A DNA stretch of 42,783 nucleotides from a virus (IMGVR_UViG_3300005077_000038:1-42783), one strand, 5' to 3'. Positions 1 to 9,546 are shown, counted from the first letter of the stretch. Notes: generated by a model not told the origin, from the sequence alone. Program-made: numbers and translations.

Positions 1-32
1 CCCCGCTGATTAAGAAAGGAAAGAATAAAACC

Positions 33-491
33 ATGGGCCGACCATTAGCAAACAAAAACGGAAACGACAGGGTCATGACACCGGACCATCTCGCACTGTC
101 CATCGTCGAGCACTTCCGGCCCAGCGGAAAGTTATTAGAACCGTGCTGCGGTGAGGGTGCTTTTCTGCGGGCCATGCCGGGAGCGGACTGGTATGAGATT
201 GATAAAGGACGGGACTTTTTCGACGCTGAAGGTCACTGGGATTGGATCATCACAAACCCGCCGTATTCGATCTACCGGAGTTTTATGAATAAATGTTTTG
301 ATGTTGCAGACAATGTTGTATTTTTACAGCTTATCAATGCGACATTTTATAAGGCGCGATTAAGAGACATGAGACAGGCCGGATTTGGAGTCAAAGAGAT
401 ATGGTGTGTTGATACGCCGAAAGAGTTTCCGCAGTTCGGCTTCCAGATGGGGTGTGTGCATTACGCAAGAGGGTGTCGAGGGATGATTTAG
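33..491 (+). CDS. DNA amino-methyltransferase (probably N6-adenine), compact 152 aa
   Basis: SAM-binding motif LEPCCGEGAF followed by catalytic ITNPPY; RBS AAGGA upstream. Confidence 0.85.
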   Translation: MGRPLANKNGNDRVMTPDHLALSIVEHFRPSGKLLEPCCGEGAFLRAMPGADWYEIDKGRDFFDAEGHWDWIITNPPYSIYRSFMNKCFDVADNVVFLQLINATFYKARLRDMRQAGFGVKEIWCVDTPKEFPQFGFQMGCVHYARGCRGMI

Positions 492-503
492 AGGAGGGGT
501 AAC

Positions 504-794
504 ATGAAAAATTACGAAAAAGAAATAGAAGTTTATAACTATGTAAAAACCAATGCTCAAGAATATTTTTCAGTGATTGTCAACGCCTTAAATGATGGGA
601 TAAGACAAGAAAATGAACGGTTAAGAATTGAAAAAAGCAAAGTAGAGGCTGGGATCGTAGTCCTTCTTGATAAAGTTAATCTGTCAAAGCTGAATACAAA
701 TTTAAAGCTGACATTAAAAGACGCATTAAATCACTGTACGTTTTTTGTGTTTGATAAAAATATTAAAGAGTTGGAGGTTGCAGATGGAGAATAA
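504..794 (+). CDS. hypothetical protein
   Basis: 96 aa ORF, strong RBS GAGGAGG, tight packing with neighbours. Confidence 0.7.
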   Translation: MKNYEKEIEVYNYVKTNAQEYFSVIVNALNDGIRQENERLRIEKSKVEAGIVVLLDKVNLSKLNTNLKLTLKDALNHCTFFVFDKNIKELEVADGE

Positions 795-1146
795 CACAAT
801 CTCCCTCTGCCCTCACTGTCTATGTATGACAAAAAAAATCAACGGAAAATGCGGGAAATGTGGAGGTGATAAGATGGGGAAGAATAAAGAGATTGAGGAT
901 GTGATAAACAAATTCTGGATTGATTGGGAGGCGGAAAGCAACAAAGTATACACAAAAGAACTAGCCGAATCTATCATCAAAGCAGGCTACGTCCGCAGGG
1001 ATCTGATTGGGATTGATACCAACAAAGCATTTGATGTGATAAGAAAGAGCGATTGGTTTATAAAATCAAGAATACCAACACACGATGATATTTTTACAAC
1101 AGCAACAGCCCTGGTTAAATCAGACATTTTAACGGTGGAGGAGTGA
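784..1146 (+). CDS. hypothetical protein with N-terminal CxxC-CxxC zinc ribbon
   Basis: GGAGGT before ATG 784; second in-frame ATG at 874 with GGAGGTGA; CPHC...CGKC. Confidence 0.6.
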   Translation: MENNTISLCPHCLCMTKKINGKCGKCGGDKMGKNKEIEDVINKFWIDWEAESNKVYTKELAESIIKAGYVRRDLIGIDTNKAFDVIRKSDWFIKSRIPTHDDIFTTATALVKSDILTVEE

Positions 1147-1181
1147 AATAATCGACGATAAAGCGAGGAAGGGGGAGTGAG

Positions 1182-1448
1182 GTGAAGGACAAGCCAAAAC
1201 TCTGGACAGATAGATTCAAACCACACAAGCCATTTTTACAAGTAATCCGGGAGCGAACAATGATCGCCATCGTAAACAGAAGCCGTAAAGGTGCTGAAAC
1301 CTGTCGTTACACATTACACATCAACGATCAGCATATCTGCACGTTTACACATAAGAGATCAGACGGGCTGGCCGAGTGTCTAAGGAAGGCGGCGGAAGCT
1401 GTTGAAAGAGATCGAAACGAAATGATTTTAAAGTTTCTGAAAGGATAG
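1182..1448 (+). CDS. hypothetical protein
   Basis: GTG start after GGGGGAG; alternative in-frame ATG near 1260. Confidence 0.55.
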   Translation: MKDKPKLWTDRFKPHKPFLQVIRERTMIAIVNRSRKGAETCRYTLHINDQHICTFTHKRSDGLAECLRKAAEAVERDRNEMILKFLKG

Positions 1449-1453
1449 CAACA

Positions 1454-1657
1454 ATGGACACCCACACAATGATAACCGACTGCGACCACGGCAGGCAACC
1501 CATGATCCAAAGACCTCGCCAATGGTGGATGACTCTCACACGACTGCAGATTGATGAACTCGAACCTTTTGAATGGCGGGCATACATGGACGGTGAGTGT
1601 ATCTGCTGCGCCCGGACAAAAAAGGAATGTGCTTGCGGGGCGAGGTTTAAGCAGTAA
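1454..1657 (+). CDS. hypothetical Cys-rich small protein
   Basis: AAGGA RBS, 67 aa, last plus-strand ORF before the convergent late operon. Confidence 0.4.
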   Translation: MDTHTMITDCDHGRQPMIQRPRQWWMTLTRLQIDELEPFEWRAYMDGECICCARTKKECACGARFKQ

Positions 1658-1669
1658 AAGTTTTCTTTA

Positions 1670-2161
1670 CTACTCATCCCTCCATGCTATTACATATTGT
1701 TTTGTTACCCTGAAAAAATGTTTCGGGCTGATACGCTTTTTCCATTTACCGAAGAACACAAAATTACAGACCTCCGAACAGTACCATTTTTTCTTTGAGT
1801 TTAACTGCCCAAAGGGTGTCGCGAACCCTGCTATCCCGGCCCAATCATACGGTTTTCCTAACTCAGCATCGCACGTTTTGATCATTTCCTGTATTTCGCG
1901 TACCGGTTTAACTTCGCAAACATCCCATCTTTCAGGATGCTCAAAAAGAACATCATTCTCAAGCCATCTCGTGCCGGTCGTTCCGTTAGTATTTTTTGAG
2001 GCACTGGAGTACCATCGCCATTTACCGTTAAGGAAAAACCCTATCTCAACGTGGCAATACTGGGGTGTATTCCAATTAAACAGTCCAGTATACCCGGAGA
2101 TCATGTTACCCCAAAAATCACCCTTCTGCGCTTTGTAGAAAGCAAGCCTAACGGTTTTCAT
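1670..2161 (-). CDS. permuted papain-like (NlpC/P60 superfamily, YiiX/YaeF-type) amidase/peptidase
   Basis: His motif YCHVEI precedes GKPYDW and Cys motif KWYCSE, the permuted catalytic order. Confidence 0.75.
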   Translation of the reverse strand: MKTVRLAFYKAQKGDFWGNMISGYTGLFNWNTPQYCHVEIGFFLNGKWRWYSSASKNTNGTTGTRWLENDVLFEHPERWDVCEVKPVREIQEMIKTCDAELGKPYDWAGIAGFATPFGQLNSKKKWYCSEVCNFVFFGKWKKRISPKHFFRVTKQYVIAWRDE

Positions 2162-2342
2162 AATCGACTCCTAGTTCCATATCCCGAAAATAAATATTGA
2201 CTGTTGTGGTATCTACAATATTAACACCCCCGGATAGAAATATGATGGACAAAACAATGCTGGTTGAGATTACGATTAGGACGGCGTAAAACATAAACGC
2301 AAAAACAGTTCTCTGCTTTTCCCAATCTTTCAATCCCACCAC
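2148..2342 (-). CDS. small single-TM membrane protein (possible lysis accessory)
   Basis: Hydrophobic run VFAFMFYAVLIVISTSIVLSIIFLSGG; start codon uncertain. Confidence 0.5.
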   Translation of the reverse strand: MVGLKDWEKQRTVFAFMFYAVLIVISTSIVLSIIFLSGGVNIVDTTTVNIYFRDMELGVDYENR

Positions 2343-2367
2343 CCCCAGTCTGGAAGTTCCTCGTCCA

Positions 2368-2520
2368 TTATTCCTCCGTGTCTCTGATGTGTTTTTTGTG
2401 CTCTGCCAGCGTTATAATTCTGTGGCAGTCCGGGCAAATCCAGCAGGTTCCCAATTCTCCCCCGCTGACCTCGACAAATTTCTGTTCAAATTTACACCAA
2501 ATTGAAACCTTTTTGCTCAC
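2368..2520 (-). CDS. 50-aa hypothetical protein with CxxC (not in ORF track)
   Basis: Hand translation: GTG start after AAGGGGA, MSKKVSIWCKFEQKFVEVSGGELGTCWICPDCHRIITLAEHKKHIRDTEE; fills the gap. Confidence 0.5.
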   Translation of the reverse strand: MSKKVSIWCKFEQKFVEVSGGELGTCWICPDCHRIITLAEHKKHIRDTEE

Positions 2521-2779
2521 GTTGTCCCCTTATCGTTTCAGAGATCGGACCTGATGCCAACCCGTGATCGTAATCGTCAATAAGCTCCTCGATGCTCTTC
2601 ACGATCATTTTATGCCGGAGATTCGCAGAAGCCGCATGGTTCATGAGATTGTCGATCTCCGCATCCATCTTGTGGCACATCTTGCAATGCGCCGGTTTTT
2701 TAAGCCCGATCCTCTCGCAGAAGTGGCACTGCAATGCCCTGATCTGTGCAATTTTTTTGGTTGTGTGAAGAGTGTCCAT
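2492..2779 (-). CDS. hypothetical protein with CxxC...CxxC
   Basis: ATG 2779 coupled (TAATG) to the upstream stop; CHFC and CKMC. Confidence 0.55.
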   Translation of the reverse strand: MDTLHTTKKIAQIRALQCHFCERIGLKKPAHCKMCHKMDAEIDNLMNHAASANLRHKMIVKSIEELIDDYDHGLASGPISETIRGQREQKGFNLV

Positions 2780-3084
2780 TATTTCAATCCAATCTTTAAT
2801 GCGACATATCCAACAAGGATGGTGATAATCGCCCGGAACGCCCAATCAACAAGGCCCTGTGACGATGTTTTTTTTGTCTGATGTTCTTCCCACATACGAT
2901 TGATCTTGTCTTTATACCCGATCTTACCATTGGTCTCCCAGGCCAAAATATGCGTGTTCATTTGATCGACGCTTTTTTGAAGGCTGGTTAACGCCTGGTT
3001 GATTAGCAGGTCTCTTAATTTCAAGTCTTTCTCCAAAAGATCATGATTAGATTTACAGTTATGTTCCTTTACGCAATCGTCCAC
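2779..3084 (-). CDS. coiled-coil protein with C-terminal TM helix (XhlA/holin-like)
   Basis: Heptad-like N-half, C-terminal WAFRAIITILVGYVALKIGLK; lies downstream of the tail fibre genes. Confidence 0.55.
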   Translation of the reverse strand: MDDCVKEHNCKSNHDLLEKDLKLRDLLINQALTSLQKSVDQMNTHILAWETNGKIGYKDKINRMWEEHQTKKTSSQGLVDWAFRAIITILVGYVALKIGLK

Positions 3085-3111
3085 ATTGCGCCCCTTTCCG
3101 TTTATAAAGTT

Positions 3112-3267
3112 TCACCCCTCATCGCCAAGATCAAACACCATGAAAACACGGCGATCCTGTCTCTTTTCCTCATCCCTGATTTGCCTAGCAAAAGTTTCAA
3201 CATCCCCCCATTTTCCTTTCTGGAGTAATCGTTTTAACGCCTTGAGTAGTTTTTCGAGTCTGTTCAT
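3112..3267 (-). CDS. 51-aa hypothetical protein (not in ORF track)
   Basis: Hand translation MNRLEKLLKALKRLLQKGKWGDVETFARQIRDEEKRQDRRVFMVFDLGDEG fills the gap on the operon strand; no clear RBS. Confidence 0.4.
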   Translation of the reverse strand: MNRLEKLLKALKRLLQKGKWGDVETFARQIRDEEKRQDRRVFMVFDLGDEG

Positions 3268-3274
3268 TTATCAT

Positions 3275-4798
3275 TTAAAAAAATCGTCTGGTTCGGCCTG
3301 CTGGCGGTGAGCCTCCGGCATATTCATCAGCGCCGATGTCCCAAGGTGCATATGTGTCTCTATAGTCCCCGTCGAGGTCGTAGTCGTATGGACTACCTAA
3401 ATCCGTCCCGGCATCAATCGCGTCCGATCCACTCGCCAAATGGAAATCAGAACTTGAAACAAAGTCGTCGCTTGTTATAGTGTTGATAGAATGTGCGCCT
3501 GTAGCTGTGGAGTCTGACGAGCCATTATAGTCGTGTGTAGCAGACGCATGAAAAGAAAAATCAGTTTCAGCATTATATACAAGATTCCCGTAACAGGTAG
3601 ATGAATCAGATGCGCAATTAATCCCACGATCTGTTCCGTTGCTATTGTCTATGTTATAAACGGTATTATGATGTGCTATATTATTGTCTGTATTAGAGCC
3701 GTCAAATCCTGTATAAATTGCGGTCGTGTTATTAGCTAAAATATTTGCTACAATGTTTCCATAAATTTTAATATTTTTTCCATTTGCATAGTCTTCGCAC
3801 ACAATTCCATTGATATGCCAAGATGCAGTGATGTTCCCTATGAGAGTATATCTAATAACTGAGTACGTACCACGCATATAAACATAATAATTTGTTGTGT
3901 ACTCAGTCATTGAACCTCCGGAGACTTCGAGGTATTCAAATACAAAATAGGACTCATTTACATTGATTAATGTTTCATTACTTAACGACGTTGAATATAC
4001 TAATCTAGCCCCATCACCAAAAGTAGCAATGCTTCTTTCACCTTCTGGAACTGTTAAAGTTCTATAATATGATGAGTTTGTTGTTGCGCCAGCAAATTCG
4101 ATCATTTCATCCAATGCGCCCTGGTCGTCGTAAACTTCAAGGGTTTCCCCGTTTGTCGCCGTTACTAAATCGTTATCGGTAGCATCTTCCCAAAGAGTAA
4201 TACTGTTATAATCTTCTCCGCTTTTATTACACGTCGAGATTGTTTCAGCTAACGCTCTACGTGTTATGACGTTCGCAATCCGGATTAAAGGACGTTGAAT
4301 GTAAGCATAAAACTTTCTTTTCGCTTCATATTTCGACAAATCTTGAAGAGTTGTCGCTCTCATTTCAATTTTTGATGCATCAATTTTGTTTTCAATAAGC
4401 CCCTTTTTTGCTTCAACGCCAAGTTTTGAAGTGTCGATCTTGTTCTTTCTATAAGAGACCGTCTGCATGATAGGAGATCCATCTTTAGCTGTACCGACCT
4501 GCTCCTTCCAGGGTTCTTTCATGGCCTTAACTTGTTCATCAGTCAAAGCGGTCTTATAAATCAACCACTCTTTTTTTTCTGTTTCGCTTGGGACGTTTTG
4601 TTCATTTACAGGAAGAACCGCAACGACATCACCAGCCTTTGACCGTCCTGCATCTTGTTCCGCAGTAACACCAGAACGATCTTCAAGCCGAACATAGACC
4701 CAGTAATCTGACGTCTTTTCGACTCCTCTGACTTCTAACTGAGCCAAAGCACTCCCACACACCGCCATCAACGCCAAGATCATAAGTGCTTTTTTCAT
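3275..4798 (-). CDS. parallel beta-helix protein with signal peptide (tail spike/adhesin-like), 507 aa
   Basis: AAGGAG RBS before ATG 4798; MKKALMILALMAVCGSALA; Asn-ladder repeats; C-terminal DFHLASGSDAIDAG...WDIGADEY cap. Confidence 0.7.
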   Translation of the reverse strand: MKKALMILALMAVCGSALAQLEVRGVEKTSDYWVYVRLEDRSGVTAEQDAGRSKAGDVVAVLPVNEQNVPSETEKKEWLIYKTALTDEQVKAMKEPWKEQVGTAKDGSPIMQTVSYRKNKIDTSKLGVEAKKGLIENKIDASKIEMRATTLQDLSKYEAKRKFYAYIQRPLIRIANVITRRALAETISTCNKSGEDYNSITLWEDATDNDLVTATNGETLEVYDDQGALDEMIEFAGATTNSSYYRTLTVPEGERSIATFGDGARLVYSTSLSNETLINVNESYFVFEYLEVSGGSMTEYTTNYYVYMRGTYSVIRYTLIGNITASWHINGIVCEDYANGKNIKIYGNIVANILANNTTAIYTGFDGSNTDNNIAHHNTVYNIDNSNGTDRGINCASDSSTCYGNLVYNAETDFSFHASATHDYNGSSDSTATGAHSINTITSDDFVSSSDFHLASGSDAIDAGTDLGSPYDYDLDGDYRDTYAPWDIGADEYAGGSPPAGRTRRFF

Positions 4799-4806
4799 GG
4801 TTCTCC

Positions 4807-5718
4807 TTAGTCTGCTGTTCGTGTTCCTGAAATACATACCGTAACCCAATCAACTGTCCCGCTCGGAGCGGCGCAATCCCATTCGATCGCTTCGCTGTCC
4901 GTGAACGTGCCGTTTGTGATAGACCCGTCATCCTCGGCCCCGTCTGCGTCGCACGTAACCGCCTCAAGTGAATTCGTGCCGTCCCCTAATGTAATAGCAA
5001 TACTCGTTCCACCTTCCGTCTGACAATGAACGTCTGTGATCGTTACGGCATAATCATATATCCATACGGGAATATCGTCATCAGCATCTGTTGGAGTCTC
5101 AAGAGTCCGGCATGATGTAAACCGTCTTGCATCCAGCTCATCCTGCACATAAGCCGTCGTCGCCACGCTCGTGTCATCATCATCCGCACTCGGTGTCGTG
5201 GCGGTTGCCGCTCCGATATCCCCACCGGCAAACAGCAAGGCCCCTGTCCCGCTCTCGTCGTCCATAATCGCACGCAGTTCAGAGGATGCGTCAATCTCTG
5301 TCTCGACAAGGATATTCACGCTCGTTACGGTTTCGATCTCGCCGACAGTATCCCACTCTGTGTCCCTTGTGACCGCTGCGGCAATCGTTACATTAACCTC
5401 CGTATCCGGAGACTCCGAAAGATCAAAGTCATCCCCTTCAAAATCAAGCGTCACAATATCCGCACCACCAACCCCGGAATCCTCTTCCTGAATCGTGGTG
5501 AGCGTCCCGGAACTATTACCAGTAGGCAAATCGTCATAATCACATTCTCTTACTCCTATCCCGGCTTTATAACAAAGGAACGTATCGCCGCTTTCAAACG
5601 TTCCTGCCGCAGTAGCTGGCGTGATTATGTCTGTTACTCCAGGCTCAATAGTCTGCGTCGCACAATACCCAACACCGCAATACACAATCAGCAGTAACCA
5701 AATTAATGTTTTTCTCAT
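4807..5718 (-). CDS. tail fibre-like protein with signal peptide
   Basis: MRKTLIWLLLIVYCGVGYCA; fibre-type motifs DESGTGALLFA and ATTPSADDDDTSVATTAYV; very acidic. Confidence 0.65.
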   Translation of the reverse strand: MRKTLIWLLLIVYCGVGYCATQTIEPGVTDIITPATAAGTFESGDTFLCYKAGIGVRECDYDDLPTGNSSGTLTTIQEEDSGVGGADIVTLDFEGDDFDLSESPDTEVNVTIAAAVTRDTEWDTVGEIETVTSVNILVETEIDASSELRAIMDDESGTGALLFAGGDIGAATATTPSADDDDTSVATTAYVQDELDARRFTSCRTLETPTDADDDIPVWIYDYAVTITDVHCQTEGGTSIAITLGDGTNSLEAVTCDADGAEDDGSITNGTFTDSEAIEWDCAAPSGTVDWVTVCISGTRTAD

Positions 5719-5757
5719 TTATCAGCCCCACTTCTTTTCACTCTATGTTATTCAAAT

Positions 5758-8700
5758 CTATGATCCATCACAAACGCCATCAGCATCTACTGAACACGTC
5801 ATAACACCGTCAAGAGCATAACATTCCGTCCACCCTCCGTCATCTGTATCTCTCAGCATAAAACATCCGCCAGTTGATCCATCAACGGTTATTTGTCCCG
5901 TCCCTGTTCCTGGATTAATCGTTAATTTTGCATCATATCCAAAAGTGTATACATAAGTCCCTCCATATAGCAATCTTAAAATATTTCCAGCACCATCTTG
6001 TTTTATATCCACTACAGAATTTGTGTCTGACGCATTATCTTGTACAAAATAAGCGACAGGGACAGCCTCTGGTGATGCTGTATTTCTACTAAACCATCCG
6101 GAATAAGAATTTGTTGAGACTGCTCGAATTGCTTGGTTATTGGTGCTTGTAAAATATGCGCCATAGCCATTTGTACTTGATCCTTGCAATCCGTAACCGT
6201 TCCCGCTTCCAAAATACCCTCCAATTCCATTTGTGCTGTTACCTCTGACACCATATAAATTTTCACTAGTAAAATATCCGCCATATCCATTCACGCTTGA
6301 TCCATCAACTGCGCTTTCATTAACACTATAAAAAGTTCCTGCTTGCGATGTTTGATCTCGTACTTGGTAATATAAATTAACATCCGTATTCGTCCATGAC
6401 GATCCATTTGTTGAGATCGCACCGATGTTCGATGATGTACTGGAATCAAATAATATATTCCCTCCGACTGGCGTAGTTCCCCATTTTATTACAAGCCAAT
6501 AATCCGTTCCTGACACTAACGCTTTTGAAGTACCAAGAGATAAGTTTTGATAAGATGAAGTAAGGGTTCCGAATAAAACACTTTTTCCGGTGGCAAGTGC
6601 TGACCCTGTCGGCTTAGAAGGAGACCCGCCATCATCCTCATAAATGTAACCTGTTAATTTTGCGAGAGAGGATGTTGTATTGGTGATATCCGCACTTTCT
6701 TTAACCCTTACTATAAAATCACCAATAGTCTCGTCGTCAGATGCTGTAAATTTAACAGCAATATATTGATTTGACATCGTTGCGTCTGTTCCAGTATGAC
6801 TTGTTCCATCTTCAAGACTACCAGCGTGTAAACTTACTACAAAAGATGTGTCCGCATCAAAATACGTTACTGGTGTGCCATTTGAATTTTTTAAATCAAA
6901 TAAATGTGCAGTTTGAGAAGAATGGGGATCAATCGACAGTTGAACGATATCGGCGTCTCCATCTATGTCAACCTTTGCAGTCGGTGATGTAGTACCGACA
7001 CCAATTTTTGACGAAGTTGTAATATCTCCTCCGGTATTAAACTCTTTATTTGTTTCGATTGAATCATCATCTTCTATTAAATATGATGCTGCATTATTCG
7101 TTGGAATATTGGCTGCACTATTATCTCTAGCTTTATAAGTAAAATTATCTACATTTGACGCAACAGTATACGTCGTTGGACTTCCATCAAAAAATTTAAT
7201 GTACATATTAATATTTATATCTTCTGTGACGTCAGAACCATCACCTATTTCAAATAAATAACCAGTCCATCCGGCGGCGAATCCACGTGAATACGTACCG
7301 ATAAAATTCACATTGTGAACATTTCCATCAATAAATATAGCATTATCACTAACTGTGGCATCAGCATAATGCGAAATAGATCCACCAATAAAACTGGTAT
7401 TATAGGTATGTTTTCCCGAAGAGCTGTCCCCTATTCTTATAATAGGACCATTAAATCCTGCGGCCGTAATTTCAAAATACGGCGCATCAAAAATGAATGA
7501 ATCCGTGCCATCAAGTTTTAGCGCATTTTCTGAATATCCACCTGCCCCCTCTAAAACTAAATTAGCAAAATAGCAACCGCTTGAAGATTCCATTACTGCA
7601 AAATATTCAGCAGCAAAATCAACATTACCTGCGTGCGTGTTAATAAAAGTTATGACGTTTGAATCATTTTTTATCCATAAATTTATTTTGCTTGCATCCT
7701 TAAATTCCGTATTTATAACTGTATTCGACCAACTATAGTCGAAAATACCAGGATATTGTATGTCTTCAGATTTAATATTAGAAAATTGTGAATAATGGGT
7801 ATGCTCTACCGCTAGCCCAATCCCGTCAGTATTATTCCCCTTTAAAGTAAACCCGTCAACTTTAAGTCGATCAACTCTTGTAGAATGAGCACCTCCGGTA
7901 TACCCAATTTCAAATATATTAAAAGATCCTGAAGTCTTATTAAAAATAGTTGAACTTAATCCCGATCCAAGAAATTGCATATTACTTACATCCAAAACAA
8001 TAGAATCTGATAAATAAAAATTCCCATCTGTAGTAAATACTCTCCGAGTATTACTATCAGATGCCGTAATTGCGGCATTTATTTGAACTTCATCATCCGT
8101 TCCGTCGCATTCATAATCGCAATATCCTGTATATGTCGTATCACTTGCACAGACAATAAGTGCATTGCCACCATCCTCCACCGGCGTATCCCATGTCGGG
8201 GCTAATGTTTCCCCGTTGCTCCTCAAGTATTCTCCGCTGGATCCCAAGGCCAATTCCGTCACGTCTCCAGAGCCATTGGAATAAAACAGCCGCCATGCTG
8301 TCTGCTCGACAAAAGATGTTAGGTTCGTGTATCCACTTCCACCATCGCTATTACAGACGATCCCGACTCCGGTATCATACGTGCAATACTTTGTGTTTGT
8401 CAATGTACCGGTGAAATCCGCGATATCGTCGAAATACCCGGCGGACGCATGATCCCCCCATCCGTAAGCGGTATTCCAGTTTGCCGCGGATGAAATATAT
8501 GTATCTGTAATTGGGGTCCCCTGCCACGTTCCGACCGATATAATGCCGACAGATGTAATGTTCGTCGGAGCGATAGTCAGCTTGAGGTAGTCGGTTCCTT
8601 CCAGGGCAACCGAAAGAATATTATTTGCTGACGCGATCTTGTAAAACTCAAGATCAACACTTGATTTCTGTTTAAATAACCCGACCCCGGATGATCCGGT

Positions 8701-8892
8701 ATTTGATGCGGTGTTTGTTTCCCCTCCTCCGACGGCTTCGTTTACAGCCTCTTCAATGGCCGTCTGAACATTTGTAGACGCAATATTTCCAAACGGAGAA
8801 AATGAGACATCCTTTGCCGGAGTTTTCGTTCTGGCCTGCGCCACGGAACAACACAAGAACAAAAGCATTAATGGGAATATTAATTTTTTCAT
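5758..8892 (-). CDS. large tail spike/fibre with pectate-lyase-like beta-helix and signal peptide, 1044 aa
   Basis: MKKLIFPLMLLFLCCSVAQA; IASTNVQTAIEE; CDGTDDEVQINAAI beta-helix cap; KIGVGTTSPTAKVDI fibre motif. Confidence 0.75.
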   Translation of the reverse strand: MKKLIFPLMLLFLCCSVAQARTKTPAKDVSFSPFGNIASTNVQTAIEEAVNEAVGGGETNTASNTGSSGVGLFKQKSSVDLEFYKIASANNILSVALEGTDYLKLTIAPTNITSVGIISVGTWQGTPITDTYISSAANWNTAYGWGDHASAGYFDDIADFTGTLTNTKYCTYDTGVGIVCNSDGGSGYTNLTSFVEQTAWRLFYSNGSGDVTELALGSSGEYLRSNGETLAPTWDTPVEDGGNALIVCASDTTYTGYCDYECDGTDDEVQINAAITASDSNTRRVFTTDGNFYLSDSIVLDVSNMQFLGSGLSSTIFNKTSGSFNIFEIGYTGGAHSTRVDRLKVDGFTLKGNNTDGIGLAVEHTHYSQFSNIKSEDIQYPGIFDYSWSNTVINTEFKDASKINLWIKNDSNVITFINTHAGNVDFAAEYFAVMESSSGCYFANLVLEGAGGYSENALKLDGTDSFIFDAPYFEITAAGFNGPIIRIGDSSSGKHTYNTSFIGGSISHYADATVSDNAIFIDGNVHNVNFIGTYSRGFAAGWTGYLFEIGDGSDVTEDININMYIKFFDGSPTTYTVASNVDNFTYKARDNSAANIPTNNAASYLIEDDDSIETNKEFNTGGDITTSSKIGVGTTSPTAKVDIDGDADIVQLSIDPHSSQTAHLFDLKNSNGTPVTYFDADTSFVVSLHAGSLEDGTSHTGTDATMSNQYIAVKFTASDDETIGDFIVRVKESADITNTTSSLAKLTGYIYEDDGGSPSKPTGSALATGKSVLFGTLTSSYQNLSLGTSKALVSGTDYWLVIKWGTTPVGGNILFDSSTSSNIGAISTNGSSWTNTDVNLYYQVRDQTSQAGTFYSVNESAVDGSSVNGYGGYFTSENLYGVRGNSTNGIGGYFGSGNGYGLQGSSTNGYGAYFTSTNNQAIRAVSTNSYSGWFSRNTASPEAVPVAYFVQDNASDTNSVVDIKQDGAGNILRLLYGGTYVYTFGYDAKLTINPGTGTGQITVDGSTGGCFMLRDTDDGGWTECYALDGVMTCSVDADGVCDGS
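6085..6340 (-). repeat. ~11-aa periodic protein repeats in tail spike (approximate bounds)
   Basis: NGYGGYFTSEN LYGVRGNSTNG IGGYFGSGNG YGLQGSSTNG YGAYFTSTNN QAIRAVSTNS. Confidence 0.7.
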
Positions 8893-9176
8893 GCTGACCC
8901 CACTTCCTGATAAATTCCGAAAACATGATCTCCGGAATCCACGCCATCAGATAAAGTTATTGTTTTCCCTGATACCGTAAAATCGCCAGCCTCTTCATTT
9001 TGAGCGGTCCCGTTAATATACAGGCCGACAACTTGAACCGGGATTGTATCAAGAACAAATTCATCTTGTCCGGATGTGGCAGTAAAATCAAAAGGAGTAA
9101 ATCTTGTCATAATCGGCTCCTGAGCGTAAACGGTGATTGATGCCACCTTCTGTTTTATTGTAAGGGATTGAACCAT
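8889..9176 (-). CDS. small virion-associated beta-domain protein
   Basis: FTATSGQDEF...LYINGTAQ...DFTVSGKTITL, a pattern typical of tail/baseplate appendage domains; position. Confidence 0.55.
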   Translation of the reverse strand: MVQSLTIKQKVASITVYAQEPIMTRFTPFDFTATSGQDEFVLDTIPVQVVGLYINGTAQNEEAGDFTVSGKTITLSDGVDSGDHVFGIYQEVGSA

Positions 9177-9177
9177 T

Positions 9178-9546
9178 TTAGACCTCTGTCGCGGTTTTCT
9201 CTAAAAAGAACGTCCCTCCGCACAGAGGAAACGCTGTTTCTTCGGTAGGGATGAGCCATAGATCCCAGATCCCTTCATAGTCTGATGCAAGTGTATCCGT
9301 TGATGATCTCTTAAAAATAATATAAACAATTCCATCCTCACCGTCAATCAATATTCCGCCATTTTCTGTTGTCAGTTCAATGTCCGCATCCTCGGAATCC
9401 TCAGTCTGTCTTATCTGCATTTTCGCCGTATAATCGGTCAAATCAATGGCCTCACCAAGATAGTCTTTGTAATAAACAGGTATGCTTAAATAAGCACCTT
9501 TTTTCATTGACAAAGGAATTTCTAGTTGACTTAATATGCTTTCCAT
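9178..9546 (-). CDS. fibre-attachment/BppU-N-like adaptor protein
   Basis: AIDLTDYTAKMQIR...IELTTENGGI...WDL motif pattern; position among fibre genes. Confidence 0.6.
   Translation of the reverse strand: MESILSQLEIPLSMKKGAYLSIPVYYKDYLGEAIDLTDYTAKMQIRQTEDSEDADIELTTENGGILIDGEDGIVYIIFKRSSTDTLASDYEGIWDLWLIPTEETAFPLCGGTFFLEKTATEV

Noticed and set aside
1551-2138. 195-aa plus-strand ORF antisense to the papain-like gene
   Set aside because: No motifs or RBS; shadow ORF, unlike the two intein-antisense ORFs, which have family motifs and RBSs.
2330-2368. 12-aa micro-ORF MDEELPDWGWWD with GGAGG RBS on the minus strand
   Set aside because: Too short to support; could be translational coupling or a frameshifted 5' end of the 2148-2342 gene, which cannot be decided without reads or homologues.
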